Translations under genes and position numbers: made by a program
IMG/VR virus record: IMGVR_UViG_3300029305_012101
Source of the DNA: an uncultured virus (IMG/VR IMGVR_UViG_3300029305_012101)
Taxonomy: Duplodnaviria; Heunggongvirae; Uroviricota; Caudoviricetes
Reading direction: 5' to 3' (one strand)
Length of the DNA stretch: 64,000 nucleotides
Shown: positions 8,882 to 18,311 of the stretch, piece after piece
Numbering within the stretch: the stretch's first letter is position 1
Layout of the letters: each line of letters opens with the position of its first letter
The notes under the pieces: model-generated
The model's input: the letters and a program-made list of their open reading frames with translations, nothing else
Database searches by the model: none
Told to the model about the DNA's origin: nothing

Positions 8882-9379
8882 ATGTTAAACAGAATTATCA
8901 TCATGGGCCGCTTGGTCCGCGACCCGGAACTTCGCACCACACAGAGCGGAAAGCCTGTGACATCTTTCACTCTGGCGGTGGATCGGGACTTTAAGGGCCA
9001 GAACGGCGAAAAAGCCACCGACTTCATCGATGTAGTGGCATGGCAGCACACAGCTGAGTTTGTCTGCAGGTATTTCTCTAAGGGCCGCATGGCCGTGGCA
9101 GAAGGCCGGCTGCAGATCCGTGAGTGGAAGGATCGGGACGGCAATAACCGCCGAACCGCTGAGATCCAGGCGGACAACGTGTACTTCGGTGACAGCAAGA
9201 AGGAAGAGAGCGCACCCGCCTATGGTGCCCCGGCTGGATACGGCGCTCCTGCGGGAGGCTATGGCGCACCTACCGGATACGGTCAGCCTGCTGCCTATGG
9301 TGATTACAAGCCTGCCGGCGCGCCGGTGGCTGTGGGTTTTGAGGAGATCGAGGACGAGGACGAGGATCTGCCGTTCTAA
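8882..9379 (+). CDS. ssb: Single-stranded DNA-binding protein
   Basis: MLNRIIIMGRLVRDPELRTT, acidic DEDLPF tail. Confidence 0.95.
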   Translation: MLNRIIIMGRLVRDPELRTTQSGKPVTSFTLAVDRDFKGQNGEKATDFIDVVAWQHTAEFVCRYFSKGRMAVAEGRLQIREWKDRDGNNRRTAEIQADNVYFGDSKKEESAPAYGAPAGYGAPAGGYGAPTGYGQPAAYGDYKPAGAPVAVGFEEIEDEDEDLPF

Positions 9380-9403
9380 GCTAACTGAAAGGAGAAATAA
9401 ATT

Positions 9404-9634
9404 ATGACTCTGTACGAATTGCAGGCGAAGCTCGGCGAACAGATTGAGCTTATTACAGATAAGCAGACTCCTTTTTCTGCTAAGAAGCAGCTTGCGGAGG
9501 TTGCGATGACCGTTTCCTCACTTGCCAAGCAGATGATTAACAACGCCGATGTTGTTTTGAGAACGGAAAAGCTTGTTGCAGAAGGGAAACTCAAAAGCAG
9601 CACCATTGAGAAGATGGTTGGTAAAAACGAATGA
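9404..9634 (+). CDS. Hypothetical protein
   Basis: AAGGAG RBS, AT-richer, coupled to the next gene. Confidence 0.65.
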   Translation: MTLYELQAKLGEQIELITDKQTPFSAKKQLAEVAMTVSSLAKQMINNADVVLRTEKLVAEGKLKSSTIEKMVGKNE

Positions 9635-10326
9635 GAGGAAGCCACTACACCGAGGATCAGAATGCTTTCATTGTGGAACACTTTCCACACATGTCATATA
9701 GCGAACTGGCCAAGTGCTACAATGCGAAATTTGGCGCACACATGACAACGGATTCCATGGGCAAAAAGTGCAGATATTTGGGATTGCCTAAAAAGGAGCC
9801 TTTGAACAAAACCAGATTCACCGCAGAAGCGGATGCATTTTTGCTGGAAAACTGGAGCAACTACACAAGCCGAGAGTTATCTAAAAAACTGTTTGAATTG
9901 TTCGGAATCAAAGTTGCAACGCAGACTGTGACGGATCATTTACTCAAATTGGGCGTATGGAGAGGAAGCAACTACACGCCGAAAGACCATGTTCCAAAAA
10001 AGTATCAAACGTGCAAACCGATAGGAACGGAGCGCATCGAGAAGAAAGGCATTGTCATGGTCAAGGTGGAACAGCCCAACAAGTGGGTGCCCAAGGTGCA
10101 ACTTCTCATGGGATACGATCCCAAGAAGTTTCAGGCAATCTATCTGGATGGCAATTCCATGAATGTTACGAAAGAAAACATCGTGGTCGTTCCGAAACGC
10201 ATTCATGCAAGGCTTGCTAAAAACGGATGGCTTAACAGTAGCAGTGAGGTGATTCTGACAGGAATCAAGTGGAGCGAGTTGCTATATGCAATTCAGGATT
10301 TGGAGAAAGAATGTGAGTTGACATGA
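9631..10326 (+). CDS. HNH-like protein with N-terminal HTH repeats (nuclease site looks degenerate)
   Basis: KPIGTERI...VKV..PNKW...IYLDGNSMNVTKENI. Confidence 0.55.
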   Translation: MRGSHYTEDQNAFIVEHFPHMSYSELAKCYNAKFGAHMTTDSMGKKCRYLGLPKKEPLNKTRFTAEADAFLLENWSNYTSRELSKKLFELFGIKVATQTVTDHLLKLGVWRGSNYTPKDHVPKKYQTCKPIGTERIEKKGIVMVKVEQPNKWVPKVQLLMGYDPKKFQAIYLDGNSMNVTKENIVVVPKRIHARLAKNGWLNSSSEVILTGIKWSELLYAIQDLEKECELT

Positions 10327-10652
10327 TGATTAAGGAAGCTATCGAATATTTGCGTCCGATCCGGGATAATGCTTCGCTGTCAAACTACGCCTATGCGCTG
10401 GACATCGCCATCAAGTGCATGGAGGAGCGGGAGGCGGCAAGGATCGTGGGGGATGCTCTGCTGGCAGAGCTGAAGAAATACGGCGGCTGCGATACCTGCC
10501 GCCACAAAACAGCACCCCTCCCCTGCATAGGCGCCGACTATATCTGTGACAACTGCCCGGATGAGGCCTGCGTCTGCCATGCCTGCGAGAAGAACAGCCG
10601 CTGGGAGTGGCGGGGCATTCAGGAGGATCGCCATGGACAGCAAAGCCATTGA
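10323..10652 (+). CDS. Cys-rich hypothetical protein
   Basis: CDTC...CDNC...CHAC...WEWRG. Confidence 0.6.
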   Translation: MMIKEAIEYLRPIRDNASLSNYAYALDIAIKCMEEREAARIVGDALLAELKKYGGCDTCRHKTAPLPCIGADYICDNCPDEACVCHACEKNSRWEWRGIQEDRHGQQSH

Positions 10653-10830
10653 CCGCGCCATGCGGGACCGGCTGCCGGTGATGTATGAGGGCCGGCGGTA
10701 TGAACGGATCAGCGAGTATATTTCCTGGTACACCGAAAACAAACAGCACCGCCTCTCTGTGGTGCTGATCGAAAGGAACGGATCCACGCGGGTGCCGGCC
10801 GACAAGGTGGAGCTGGCGGAGGAGGGATGA
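10633..10830 (+). CDS. Hypothetical protein
   Basis: AGGAGG RBS, operon packing. Confidence 0.6.
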   Translation: MDSKAIDRAMRDRLPVMYEGRRYERISEYISWYTENKQHRLSVVLIERNGSTRVPADKVELAEEG

Positions 10831-10834
10831 TGAT

Positions 10835-11248
10835 ATGCCATTGTTAAATTACACAACGAAGGTGGATGTCTACACCACGCTGGGCGCCATTCAGGGCCAG
10901 TTGGTGAAGCATGGCGCCAAGAAGATCATGCAGGACTATGACGACGACGGCCATATCACTGCTTTGTCGTTCATGGTCGATACCCCCGCCGGCCCCCGGG
11001 GCATCCGCCTCCCGGCTAATGTGGACGCTGTCCATGCTGTTTTGCACCGTCAGAAGGTCAAGTGTGATCGTGAACAGGCGGAGCGGGTGGCCTGGCGGAT
11101 CCTGAAGGACTGGGTGGAGGCCCAGATGGCTATTTTGGAGAGCGAGATGGTGCAGCTGGACGAGATCTTCCTGCCCTATATGGTCAACCAGAGCGGGCAG
11201 ACCTTGTTTGAGGCTTACCGCAGCAATCAGTTGTTATTGGAGGGCTGA
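10835..11248 (+). CDS. Conserved phage hypothetical protein
   Basis: QAERVAWRILKDWVEAQMA...EIFLPY. Confidence 0.7.
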   Translation: MPLLNYTTKVDVYTTLGAIQGQLVKHGAKKIMQDYDDDGHITALSFMVDTPAGPRGIRLPANVDAVHAVLHRQKVKCDREQAERVAWRILKDWVEAQMAILESEMVQLDEIFLPYMVNQSGQTLFEAYRSNQLLLEG

Positions 11249-11250
11249 CC

Positions 11251-11700
11251 ATGGATCGACTGACACGACGCCGCGCCGATACTGACGGCGGAAAATATAT
11301 TTTGCATGTGGTAGATGATTATTTCGGAATTTACCCGGATTGCACGTTAGGGAGAGTTGTCAAACGCCTCGCCGCCTACGAGGACACCGGCCTGACACCG
11401 GAGGAGATCGTGACCCTGCAGGAGCGGCTGAACGAAAACATTGGTGCTGCAAGAATGTGGGCGCGGCGATGCCATGATTTTCTCCAGGCTGACAAGGAGG
11501 GCCGTCTGGTGGTGCTGGAAAATATCGACGACCCTTTGAGCCTGGATGGGCTTTCCCTGTTCCTCCAAAATCGTGCAGATGCGAAGGGAGTTCTGAACGA
11601 GTACGACAAAATGCTCATGCGTGAAGCGAGCTACAGATTGGCCGAGGCGGCTGTTGCAAAAAACGCAACAACCACAGGAGAGAAGAGGACTGACGAATGA
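11251..11700 (+). CDS. Hypothetical phage protein
   Basis: RLAAYEDTGLTPEEI...ADKEGRLVVL motif common in Bacillota phages. Confidence 0.7.
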   Translation: MDRLTRRRADTDGGKYILHVVDDYFGIYPDCTLGRVVKRLAAYEDTGLTPEEIVTLQERLNENIGAARMWARRCHDFLQADKEGRLVVLENIDDPLSLDGLSLFLQNRADAKGVLNEYDKMLMREASYRLAEAAVAKNATTTGEKRTDE

Positions 11701-11984
11701 AGCTGATTTACTACAGGAACAAAGACGGAAAGATCGTGCGCCATCATCTGCCCCCCAAGGGGATGACGCCGGATCAGCTGGAGACCGCAATGGCAGAGTT
11801 CAACGAAAAGGGCGACGACAAGGTCTACCTCCATGAAATCGAGGAGGGGAGCTTGGAAATGCACCTCTACGAGATGGCCCAGTATCGCCGGCGCTTCCCG
11901 CAAGAAGTCATTCGTGCTGCACTGGATGCCATCGACGAGGCCCGCGATGCCATCAACTGTTTGGAAACGGAGGAGACACCATGA
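11697..11984 (+). CDS. Hypothetical protein
   Basis: Coupled ORF with RBS. Confidence 0.6.
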   Translation: MKLIYYRNKDGKIVRHHLPPKGMTPDQLETAMAEFNEKGDDKVYLHEIEEGSLEMHLYEMAQYRRRFPQEVIRAALDAIDEARDAINCLETEETP

Positions 11985-12286
11985 GATGCGGATTGTGTGA
12001 TAAAACGGACGGCCTGTGCTATACCTCCAACCCACCAAAGGTGAAATGCACTATCACTGGGGAGTTCCACGAATACGGAGATAACTGTGACGCCATCTTC
12101 ATGGCAAAAATCTGCAAACCCTTACATGAAATATCCTGCTTGATCTGCGGCGAAACCGTCCGAACCTGCGAAGGCCCCATCGTGGGGCCGGAAGTCTGCG
12201 ACAAGTGCAAGGCCGCCATCCTGAAAATGCGGTGCGGCCTTGTGGCTGTTGCAGAAAATGCAACGACCACAGGAGAGGGGGGCTGA
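11981..12286 (+). CDS. Cys-rich hypothetical protein
   Basis: CGLC..CYTSNPPKVKC, CLIC, CDKC. Confidence 0.6.
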   Translation: MRCGLCDKTDGLCYTSNPPKVKCTITGEFHEYGDNCDAIFMAKICKPLHEISCLICGETVRTCEGPIVGPEVCDKCKAAILKMRCGLVAVAENATTTGEGG

Positions 12287-12525
12287 TGGTGAAGATACTG
12301 ATTCTGCTGTGGATCGTCTCCGGTGTTATCGGAGTATGGATTGCGGTGGAGTTGATTCGGAGGGATCGCTGTACCACTTCATGCGATATGTGCAAGCACC
12401 TGAAACGCAAAGGCGGCGGCGATCTCTATCGATACTATTGTAGTAAAAGACTGTGTGGCTTCGACAGACAGCCGGAATACTGCTCTGATTGGATGCCGAG
12501 AGAGGATGGTGAGGGCGATGGCTGA
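12286..12525 (+). CDS. Small membrane protein with Cys cluster
   Basis: N-terminal TM, CDMC...C...C. Confidence 0.55.
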   Translation: MVKILILLWIVSGVIGVWIAVELIRRDRCTTSCDMCKHLKRKGGGDLYRYYCSKRLCGFDRQPEYCSDWMPREDGEGDG

Positions 12526-12676
12526 TATTATCACTGTTATCCTAGACCTAGTGTTTATTGCTTTCGGCGTATTCGGCATTTATGTGTTTTGGGTCTGGCA
12601 TAAAATCGGCAAAAGGATGGACGCTATTTTGTCTGAGATGGAGGAAAAATATGAAAATCATCAAACCCAGCGTTGA
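12518..12676 (+). CDS. Small membrane protein
   Basis: Single hydrophobic helix. Confidence 0.5.
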   Translation: MADIITVILDLVFIAFGVFGIYVFWVWHKIGKRMDAILSEMEEKYENHQTQR

Positions 12677-13304
12677 GTTTATGGAGCCGGTGGACGGCTC
12701 CGAGATCCTGCGGAAAATAGAGCGGATCGGCAGGGTGTGCTACAAGAGCGAGGACAAGATCACCGACGGCAGCGCCGAGCGGTTTGTCCGGAGCATTATC
12801 AAAAGCGGCCATGAGTCCGTTATCGAGCACCAGAGCATCTCCGTCAAGGTCATCTGCGACCGGGGCGTGAGCCATGAGATCGTGCGGCACCGCCTCGCCA
12901 GCTACTCACAGGAGAGCACACGGTACTGCAATTACACCGGGAAGAAGTTCGGCGGGGAGATATCCTTCATCGACATCAGAACCGGGTTCAAGTGGGATAT
13001 ACCTGGCGAGGATTGGTATAAGTGGCGCCTTTGGTGTGATGCCATGAGGATGGCGGAGTATTACTACGAGAAGCTGATCGAGGTCGGGGCCAAGCCCGAG
13101 GAGGCCAGAAGCGTGCTGCCCAACAGCACCAAGACCGAGATCGTCATGACCATGAACATCCGGGAGTGGAGGCACTTCCTGCGGCTTCGGAACAGCCCTG
13201 CTGCCCATCCGCAGATCTGGGAGGTGTCCGACATGATCCTGGACATGTTCCATGCCGAGATCCCGGTGGTGTTCGATGATGTGTATGCGGAGGTGCATGG
13301 CTGA
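12651..13304 (+). CDS. thyX: FAD-dependent thymidylate synthase
   Basis: GHESVIEH, EIVRHRLASYSQESTRY, ARSVLPN. Confidence 0.95.
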   Translation: MKIIKPSVEFMEPVDGSEILRKIERIGRVCYKSEDKITDGSAERFVRSIIKSGHESVIEHQSISVKVICDRGVSHEIVRHRLASYSQESTRYCNYTGKKFGGEISFIDIRTGFKWDIPGEDWYKWRLWCDAMRMAEYYYEKLIEVGAKPEEARSVLPNSTKTEIVMTMNIREWRHFLRLRNSPAAHPQIWEVSDMILDMFHAEIPVVFDDVYAEVHG

Positions 13305-13747
13305 TGCGTGAGATTTTGTTCCGTGGGAAGCGGATTGACAATGGGGAGTGGGTCGAGGGAATGCTCGTACAGCACCACGAAGAAATTAAAGCGTCCATTG
13401 TACTAAACCACTTTGGGGTGACGGAGGAAGTCGATTTTATTTGCGTTGACCCCTCCACCGTAGGCCAGTACACCGGCCTGCAGGACAAGAACGGCAAGCG
13501 GATCTTTGAGGGGGACATTATTCAGATCCGCTTCGAGGGTGATGCCGAACCGCCAAGCACGCCTCCTGTGTGGTACGAAACCGGCAAGGTTATTTGGCAT
13601 GAGCAACTGCACGGCTGGTATGTTGTATTTGATGACCCTGATGGGGTTGCGATACAAGAATATCGCGACGGCGATGATGTATTCGTCATCGGCAACATCC
13701 ACGACAACCCGGAGCTGCTGCAGGAGGTGCATGGTGAAGAGAATTGA
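13304..13747 (+). CDS. YopX family protein
   Basis: MREILFRGK...GQYTGLQDKNGKRIFEGDI...VIGNIHDNPELL. Confidence 0.9.
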   Translation: MREILFRGKRIDNGEWVEGMLVQHHEEIKASIVLNHFGVTEEVDFICVDPSTVGQYTGLQDKNGKRIFEGDIIQIRFEGDAEPPSTPPVWYETGKVIWHEQLHGWYVVFDDPDGVAIQEYRDGDDVFVIGNIHDNPELLQEVHGEEN

Positions 13748-14156
13748 CAAGGACGCTTACTACCTGACGATTGCCAGCACCGTGTCGCTGCGCTCCACCT
13801 GCCTGCGCCGCCAGTATGGTGCGGTGATCGTCAAGGATGACCGGATCATCGCCACCGGCTACAACGGCTCCGCCAGAGGAGAGCCCAACTGCTGTGATAC
13901 CGGCGAGTGCTGGCGAGAGGCCAACGGGATCCCCCATGGTGAGCGATACGAAGCCTGCAAGGCCGTCCACGCGGAGGACAATGCGATCTCCCAGGCCGGG
14001 CGGGAAACCATCGGAGCGACGCTGTATCTGGCCGGACGAGAGGGGAACCGGGTGATTGCGGCGAGGCCGTGCATGATGTGCGAACGGAAGATCAAAAATG
14101 CCGGGATTGTCCGGGCCGTATTTTCAGAAGACGATGGAGTGGAGGGAATGCCATGA
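13731..14156 (+). CDS. dCMP deaminase (ComEB-like)
   Basis: RSTCLRRQYGAVIV, GYNG, HAEDNA, PCMMC. Confidence 0.9.
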   Translation: MVKRIDKDAYYLTIASTVSLRSTCLRRQYGAVIVKDDRIIATGYNGSARGEPNCCDTGECWREANGIPHGERYEACKAVHAEDNAISQAGRETIGATLYLAGREGNRVIAARPCMMCERKIKNAGIVRAVFSEDDGVEGMP

Positions 14157-14506
14157 AGAAGAGCGGGCTGCTTGCCAGGCATGATGCCAGGACCAAGGAT
14201 CTGATCGAGATCTCCGGGGACGTAAATCGCCAGATCGTCGTAGATTGCCTGACCATGATGCTCTACGATCCGAACGACATGAAGGGCCGGCCATGGTATC
14301 CGAAGCAGATCGAGGAATTCGTCATGCGGCTGTGCGAGAGGGTGGATGAATACTATGAGGCCCTGTATACCGGCCCGGAGTCGGACTATTACCGGGAGAA
14401 GTTAGATCGTGGTATCCGGCCCATCTACAAGGATAGGTTCCAGCCGTTCCCAGTGAGATACCCATGCATAAAAGAAATTTTCTACGGCCTGCGGAAGAGG
14501 CACTGA
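14153..14506 (+). CDS. Hypothetical protein
   Basis: Coupled ORF with GGAGG RBS. Confidence 0.6.
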   Translation: MKKSGLLARHDARTKDLIEISGDVNRQIVVDCLTMMLYDPNDMKGRPWYPKQIEEFVMRLCERVDEYYEALYTGPESDYYREKLDRGIRPIYKDRFQPFPVRYPCIKEIFYGLRKRH

Positions 14507-14512
14507 GGAGGA

Positions 14513-14713
14513 ATGATTATGAAAGAGATCACCAGAATCATCACCTGCGAGATCACCTATGTCACCAGCGACGAAAACACCGCTGCACGGCCATCTACCC
14601 ATGAGGACATGAAGGCTGTTGCCGACATCCTCAAAAAGAATCTGTGTGTGGATAACGTGGTTGTTACGAATGTCCAGAGCTTTCTGCGGGATGAGGACGG
14701 CAGTGCAACCTGA
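14513..14713 (+). CDS. Hypothetical protein
   Basis: GAGGAGG RBS. Confidence 0.6.
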   Translation: MIMKEITRIITCEITYVTSDENTAARPSTHEDMKAVADILKKNLCVDNVVVTNVQSFLRDEDGSAT

Positions 14714-14737
14714 GTTGCACCGACCATGGCATAAAAT
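14703..14737 (+). promoter_or_regulatory. Putative late promoter 1 (GTGCAACC-N21-TAAAAT)
   Basis: Same motif and spacing at 26972, 35048, 42881. Confidence 0.65.
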
Positions 14738-14848
14738 AGAATTTAGGGAGTGGCACACCATGAAACGACCTGAAACGGGGCCACGCACATGATCAGAGCG
14801 TGGTTTTCTGTATGCAAAGACTATGACTATCTTTCGGGGGAAGACACG

Positions 14849-15193
14849 ATGGCATCATTGGCAGAAATCAATAAAATTGCCAGATCCATGGGTCTGACCT
14901 ATGGCAAGTATGAGGCGATGCTATACGAGCAAAACCGCGGAAAAGAGCCACAACCACCTCCCGTCCAGACAAGGCGATCCAGACGGAGATACACCGATGA
15001 GCAGGCCTTCGCTCTGTGGCAGGAGGGAAAAAACGATTGCGAGATAGGGATCGTGCTGGGCGTATCCAGGCAGATCATCCAGAGATGGAGAGACACCATG
15101 GAACTGCCCTCCACGGCCAAAGATGAAATAGACACCAGTAAGTATCACCTGGAGAAGACCGGGGCGGGGGTATTTGTCATCCATGAGGATTGA
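14849..15193 (+). CDS. HTH-containing protein
   Basis: ARSMGLTYGKY; LWQEGKNDCEIGIVLGVSRQIIQRWR. Confidence 0.65.
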   Translation: MASLAEINKIARSMGLTYGKYEAMLYEQNRGKEPQPPPVQTRRSRRRYTDEQAFALWQEGKNDCEIGIVLGVSRQIIQRWRDTMELPSTAKDEIDTSKYHLEKTGAGVFVIHED

Positions 15194-15231
15194 CAGCCTC
15201 CCCCTTGAATCAAAAAAGGAGGTGGCAGGCG

Positions 15232-15759
15232 ATGGCGAAGGAGAAGGAGGTTGTCGCGCCGGAGCCTTGGGAGAAACAGCCAGAGGAGACGGTGAAGGCC
15301 TATGCTGCGTTCTGCGTATACCGGGATCTTGGCCCTGAACGAAGCCTTGCCAAGGCGGGGGCGGTTTTGGGGAAAAACCCGGGAGGCCTGGAAGAATGGA
15401 GCTCCAAAAACGATTGGGTGAAACGGTCTGCCGCATGGGATGCGGAGCAGGACCGGATCGCCCGGCAGGCGCAGCTGGATGAGATCGTGAAGATGCGGAA
15501 GCGCCATGCCAAGCTGGCCAGCGATATGCTGGTCAAGGCGGCCAAGGCCCTGGACAAGCTCCCGGATGAGGAGATCAAGGCCAGCGATCTGAGCCGCATG
15601 GTTGACGTGGCTTCCAAGCTGGAGCGCCTGAGCCGCGGTGACGTGGGCGATGTGATCGAGGAGCGGGATGGCGGCGAGTCCATCAATCCCGTGCAGATCT
15701 ACATCCCCGACAACAGCCGGAGCCGGAAGCATGAGAGTTTTGATGACCTGGAAGTTTAA
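15232..15759 (+). CDS. Probable terminase small subunit
   Basis: PWEKQPEETVKAYAAFCVYRDLGPERSL...WSSKNDWVKRSAAWD; C-terminal VQIYIPDN; upstream of TerL. Confidence 0.7.
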   Translation: MAKEKEVVAPEPWEKQPEETVKAYAAFCVYRDLGPERSLAKAGAVLGKNPGGLEEWSSKNDWVKRSAAWDAEQDRIARQAQLDEIVKMRKRHAKLASDMLVKAAKALDKLPDEEIKASDLSRMVDVASKLERLSRGDVGDVIEERDGGESINPVQIYIPDNSRSRKHESFDDLEV

Positions 15760-15785
15760 CCAGGATACAAAAAGGAGGAACAACA

Positions 15786-16220
15786 ATGGAAACGAAGGAG
15801 AAAGTCAACGGCATTCTGGAGGCGGCAGAGATCGAGGCCGTTTCCTTTTTCGACCGCTGCACGGTGATGGCTGCCAGGCTGGAGAGCGGCGAGATCCTGC
15901 TGGCTGCCGATGTTGTGGAGCCCATGGCGGATTTTGTCCCGGAGGAAAGTGCTGAGAGGTGCATGATGCAGTTTTTTGATCGACTGATGAACAGAGAGGC
16001 GGAGACCGGCGTTCTGACGAAGGATCAGGCCCGGCTGATCGTTGCACTGTCTGAGAACAACCTGAGCGGCACCGAGACGGCCAAGAAGCTGGGCTGGGGC
16101 CGCACCAAGCTGTACGCCACCATGAAGAAGATCCGGGAGAAGACCGGCAAGGATCCGCTGGAATTCTTCGGCATGTGTGAGCTGCTGGTGATGGCACGGG
16201 AAGTGCTGAAGGAGGACTGA
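15786..16220 (+). CDS. Two-domain protein: Gp49/gp66-like N-terminus plus PucR-like HTH
   Basis: CTVMAARLESGEIL...ADF..E; NNLSGTETAKKLGWGRTKLYATMKKIREKTGKDP. Confidence 0.5.
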   Translation: METKEKVNGILEAAEIEAVSFFDRCTVMAARLESGEILLAADVVEPMADFVPEESAERCMMQFFDRLMNREAETGVLTKDQARLIVALSENNLSGTETAKKLGWGRTKLYATMKKIREKTGKDPLEFFGMCELLVMAREVLKED

Positions 16221-16223
16221 GGC

Positions 16224-16592
16224 ATGGAGAGACTGAACACCATTCAGAAGCGTGAGAATTTGAACGGGGTTTTCCGTGCCGGAGAGCCCGGCCCCGGCGG
16301 TGCATACCACGACTACATAGTCGCATTCTTCGGTGTCGGCGAGCCTTCTTGCGATGCGATCATGTTGGAGTTCCAGAAGGGCCCCCGCAAGGATCCTGAC
16401 GCCCGCCATGGCGTTCTGGACACCGATCTGCTGGAGATCGTCCGCGACCGGCTGAAGTGCTTCCAGGCCGGTGAGTTTGCCACCATGGAGAATGCCTGCG
16501 CCCTGAACCACATCGAGGAGGCTCTGCTGTGGATGAATAAGCGCGTAGAGGATCGCATCGAGCGGAACGTGCTGGGGACCATGGCGAAATGA
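16224..16592 (+). CDS. tad1: Thoeris anti-defence protein Tad1 (cyclic-nucleotide sponge)
   Basis: TIQKRENLN...GPGGAYH...FQKGPRK...[22 protein letters not shown]...[30 protein letters not shown], matching the Tad1 sequence pattern as I recall it. Confidence 0.9.
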   Translation: MERLNTIQKRENLNGVFRAGEPGPGGAYHDYIVAFFGVGEPSCDAIMLEFQKGPRKDPDARHGVLDTDLLEIVRDRLKCFQAGEFATMENACALNHIEEALLWMNKRVEDRIERNVLGTMAK

Positions 16593-16599
16593 GGCAGCC

Positions 16600-16845
16600 A
16601 TGAAGGCATATTTTAAGGGAGACAAAAGTGTCTTTGTGTTCGATCCGATTCCCAAAAGCCAGAAAGGCCGGAAAAAGAAAATGAGCAACTTTGACCGGAT
16701 CCTGAACGGAACTGAGGAAGATCTGGTGGATGAACTTGAAAAGGCCATTACATGGGCCAGAGAGCTGGACGAGGATCAGTGGAATGATATTCTCAACAGC
16801 CGCGGCGGCCTGCGTGGCTTTATTAGGGAAACCATGGAGAAATGA
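16600..16845 (+). CDS. Hypothetical protein (start may be 16681)
   Basis: Open frame after tad1. Confidence 0.45.
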   Translation: MKAYFKGDKSVFVFDPIPKSQKGRKKKMSNFDRILNGTEEDLVDELEKAITWARELDEDQWNDILNSRGGLRGFIRETMEK

Positions 16846-17030
16846 AATGCGGCCGGCATCTGCGGATCCGGCTTGCCGGGGTGGATGCGTCCGCCCCGGT
16901 GATATGGGGAGCATGGTTTTGAGTGGGTTCGACTCCCACCCTCCCCTTCCGAGTGGCGTATACAGCCACAAGGTCTGCGCAGAGCGTCCTGGTGGGAGGC
17001 GTAGCTAACCGCCCACCAGGATGCGAATAT

Positions 17031-17106
17031 GGGGATATAGCTCAGATGGGAGAGCGCCTGCCTTGCAAGCAGGAGGTCGCCGGTTCGATCCCGACTATCT
17101 CCACCA
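17031..17106 (+). tRNA. tRNA-Ala(TGC)
   Basis: Full cloverleaf, CCTGC-CT TGC AA-GCAGG, GGTTCGATCC, CCA end. Confidence 0.93.
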
Positions 17107-17241
17107 GGAGGGTCCTGGACAATCGAAACACACTATTAACGACTGAAGCGCAAGGCCGCCAACGTGTGCAGAGAGGAACAGGGCTGTGTGATAACTGGCC
17201 AATAAGCGCACAGCGGGCCATTGTGCCGCGCCCTCAGATAT

Positions 17242-17313
17242 GCCGATGTAGTGTAATTGGTAAAGACACTCCGTAGAGGTAGAGAGATGCCGGTTCGAGT
17301 CCGGCCATCGGTA
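17242..17313 (+). tRNA. tRNA-like RNA with non-canonical anticodon arm
   Basis: GCCGATG/CATCGGT acceptor, D arm, GCCGG-TTCGAGT-CCGGC T arm; no 5-bp/7-nt anticodon arm. Confidence 0.6.
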
Positions 17314-17355
17314 TCAGCGCATATAGCGCAATATCATTTTTTGAAAGGACGACGA

Positions 17356-17709
17356 ATGACGATGAACGAGACTTTGAGCAGCAAGCTGGCACGACTCCTG
17401 ATGGATGAGAGGATCTACAAAGTGGAGATCAATATCAAGTGCAAGACCAAGGATGGCATGATCTACACCATCCAATCTCAGGAGTACAGCAGAGAGAGCA
17501 TTGACGAGGCGGCGAAGGGTGCCAACCTTTGCTTCGCTGAGGTTGTGGACACCAGCACCACGCAAAACCTGTTGGAAATCACAAGCATTATTGAGAAGGC
17601 CGATGGTTTCTGGTTCTCCGTGGAAGAGATGGTATCTATTAAGCACAGCGAGATCGTCCGTATCTGGGCAGAGCTGGGCGACCTCTACTATGACGGAATG
17701 CCCGAATAA
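17356..17709 (+). CDS. Hypothetical protein within tRNA cluster
   Basis: AAAGGA RBS, 117 codons. Confidence 0.6.
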   Translation: MTMNETLSSKLARLLMDERIYKVEINIKCKTKDGMIYTIQSQEYSRESIDEAAKGANLCFAEVVDTSTTQNLLEITSIIEKADGFWFSVEEMVSIKHSEIVRIWAELGDLYYDGMPE

Positions 17710-17751
17710 TTTCAATTAAACCGAGCGCGGCGGTATATCCGCGCCTATTAT

Positions 17752-17828
17752 GCCGATGTAGCTCAGTTGGTAGAGAGTGATGGGGACAGCCCACAAGGTC
17801 GCCGGTTCGAGTCCGGCCATTGGCACCA
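17752..17828 (+). tRNA. tRNA-like RNA with CCA end and remodelled anticodon arm
   Basis: GCCGATG/CATTGGC acceptor, AGCTCAGTTGGTAGAG D arm, intact T arm, ACCA end; anticodon arm TGGG-GACAG-CCCA has a 5-nt loop. Confidence 0.65.
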
Positions 17829-18110
17829 AGAGCCAAAGCTGACAGCGTACAGGGGCGCCCGCACGGAAAAACGGGAAAAGGAGACGTCCTTTTCGACCGT
17901 GCAGTGGTTGAGAGTCCCGTCAGCAGGCTCTACAGAACCGCGATACAGAGGCACCCTGTGCGGATTAAAAAAGCGGAGGCGGTGCCGTCCCGAGCCTCCG
18001 AGACGACAAGCTGGCCGGGCCAGCAGGGCACACCGGGGCGGGGTTCAATTCCCCAAGGTCAAAGGTTCGACTCCTGCGATCAGAGGTTGATGGTGTGCCC
18101 CCTCTTATAC

Positions 18111-18185
18111 GCTGTTGTGGCTCAGTGGTAGAGCGGCTGATTTGTAATCAGCGGGTCGGGGGTTCAAATCCCTCCAGCAGCTCCA
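18111..18185 (+). tRNA. tRNA-Thr(TGT)
   Basis: Cloverleaf, GCTGA-TT TGT AA-TCAGC, GGTTCAAATCC, CCA end. Confidence 0.92.
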
Positions 18186-18311
18186 TGGGGAGGCCGACAG
18201 CTCCCCTAGTTTCATTCCTCTCAGGACAGCCCGGAGAGACGGGCCCGGAAGCGCCCCCACACTTCCGGTGATCCAGCCTCTGCTGATTCATGATGGCGGC
18301 AGCGGCTTAAT

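Noticed and set aside
17031..18185. Suppressor tRNA / stop-codon recoding
   Set aside because: Canonical anticodons are Ala and Thr, and genes read intact in the standard code.
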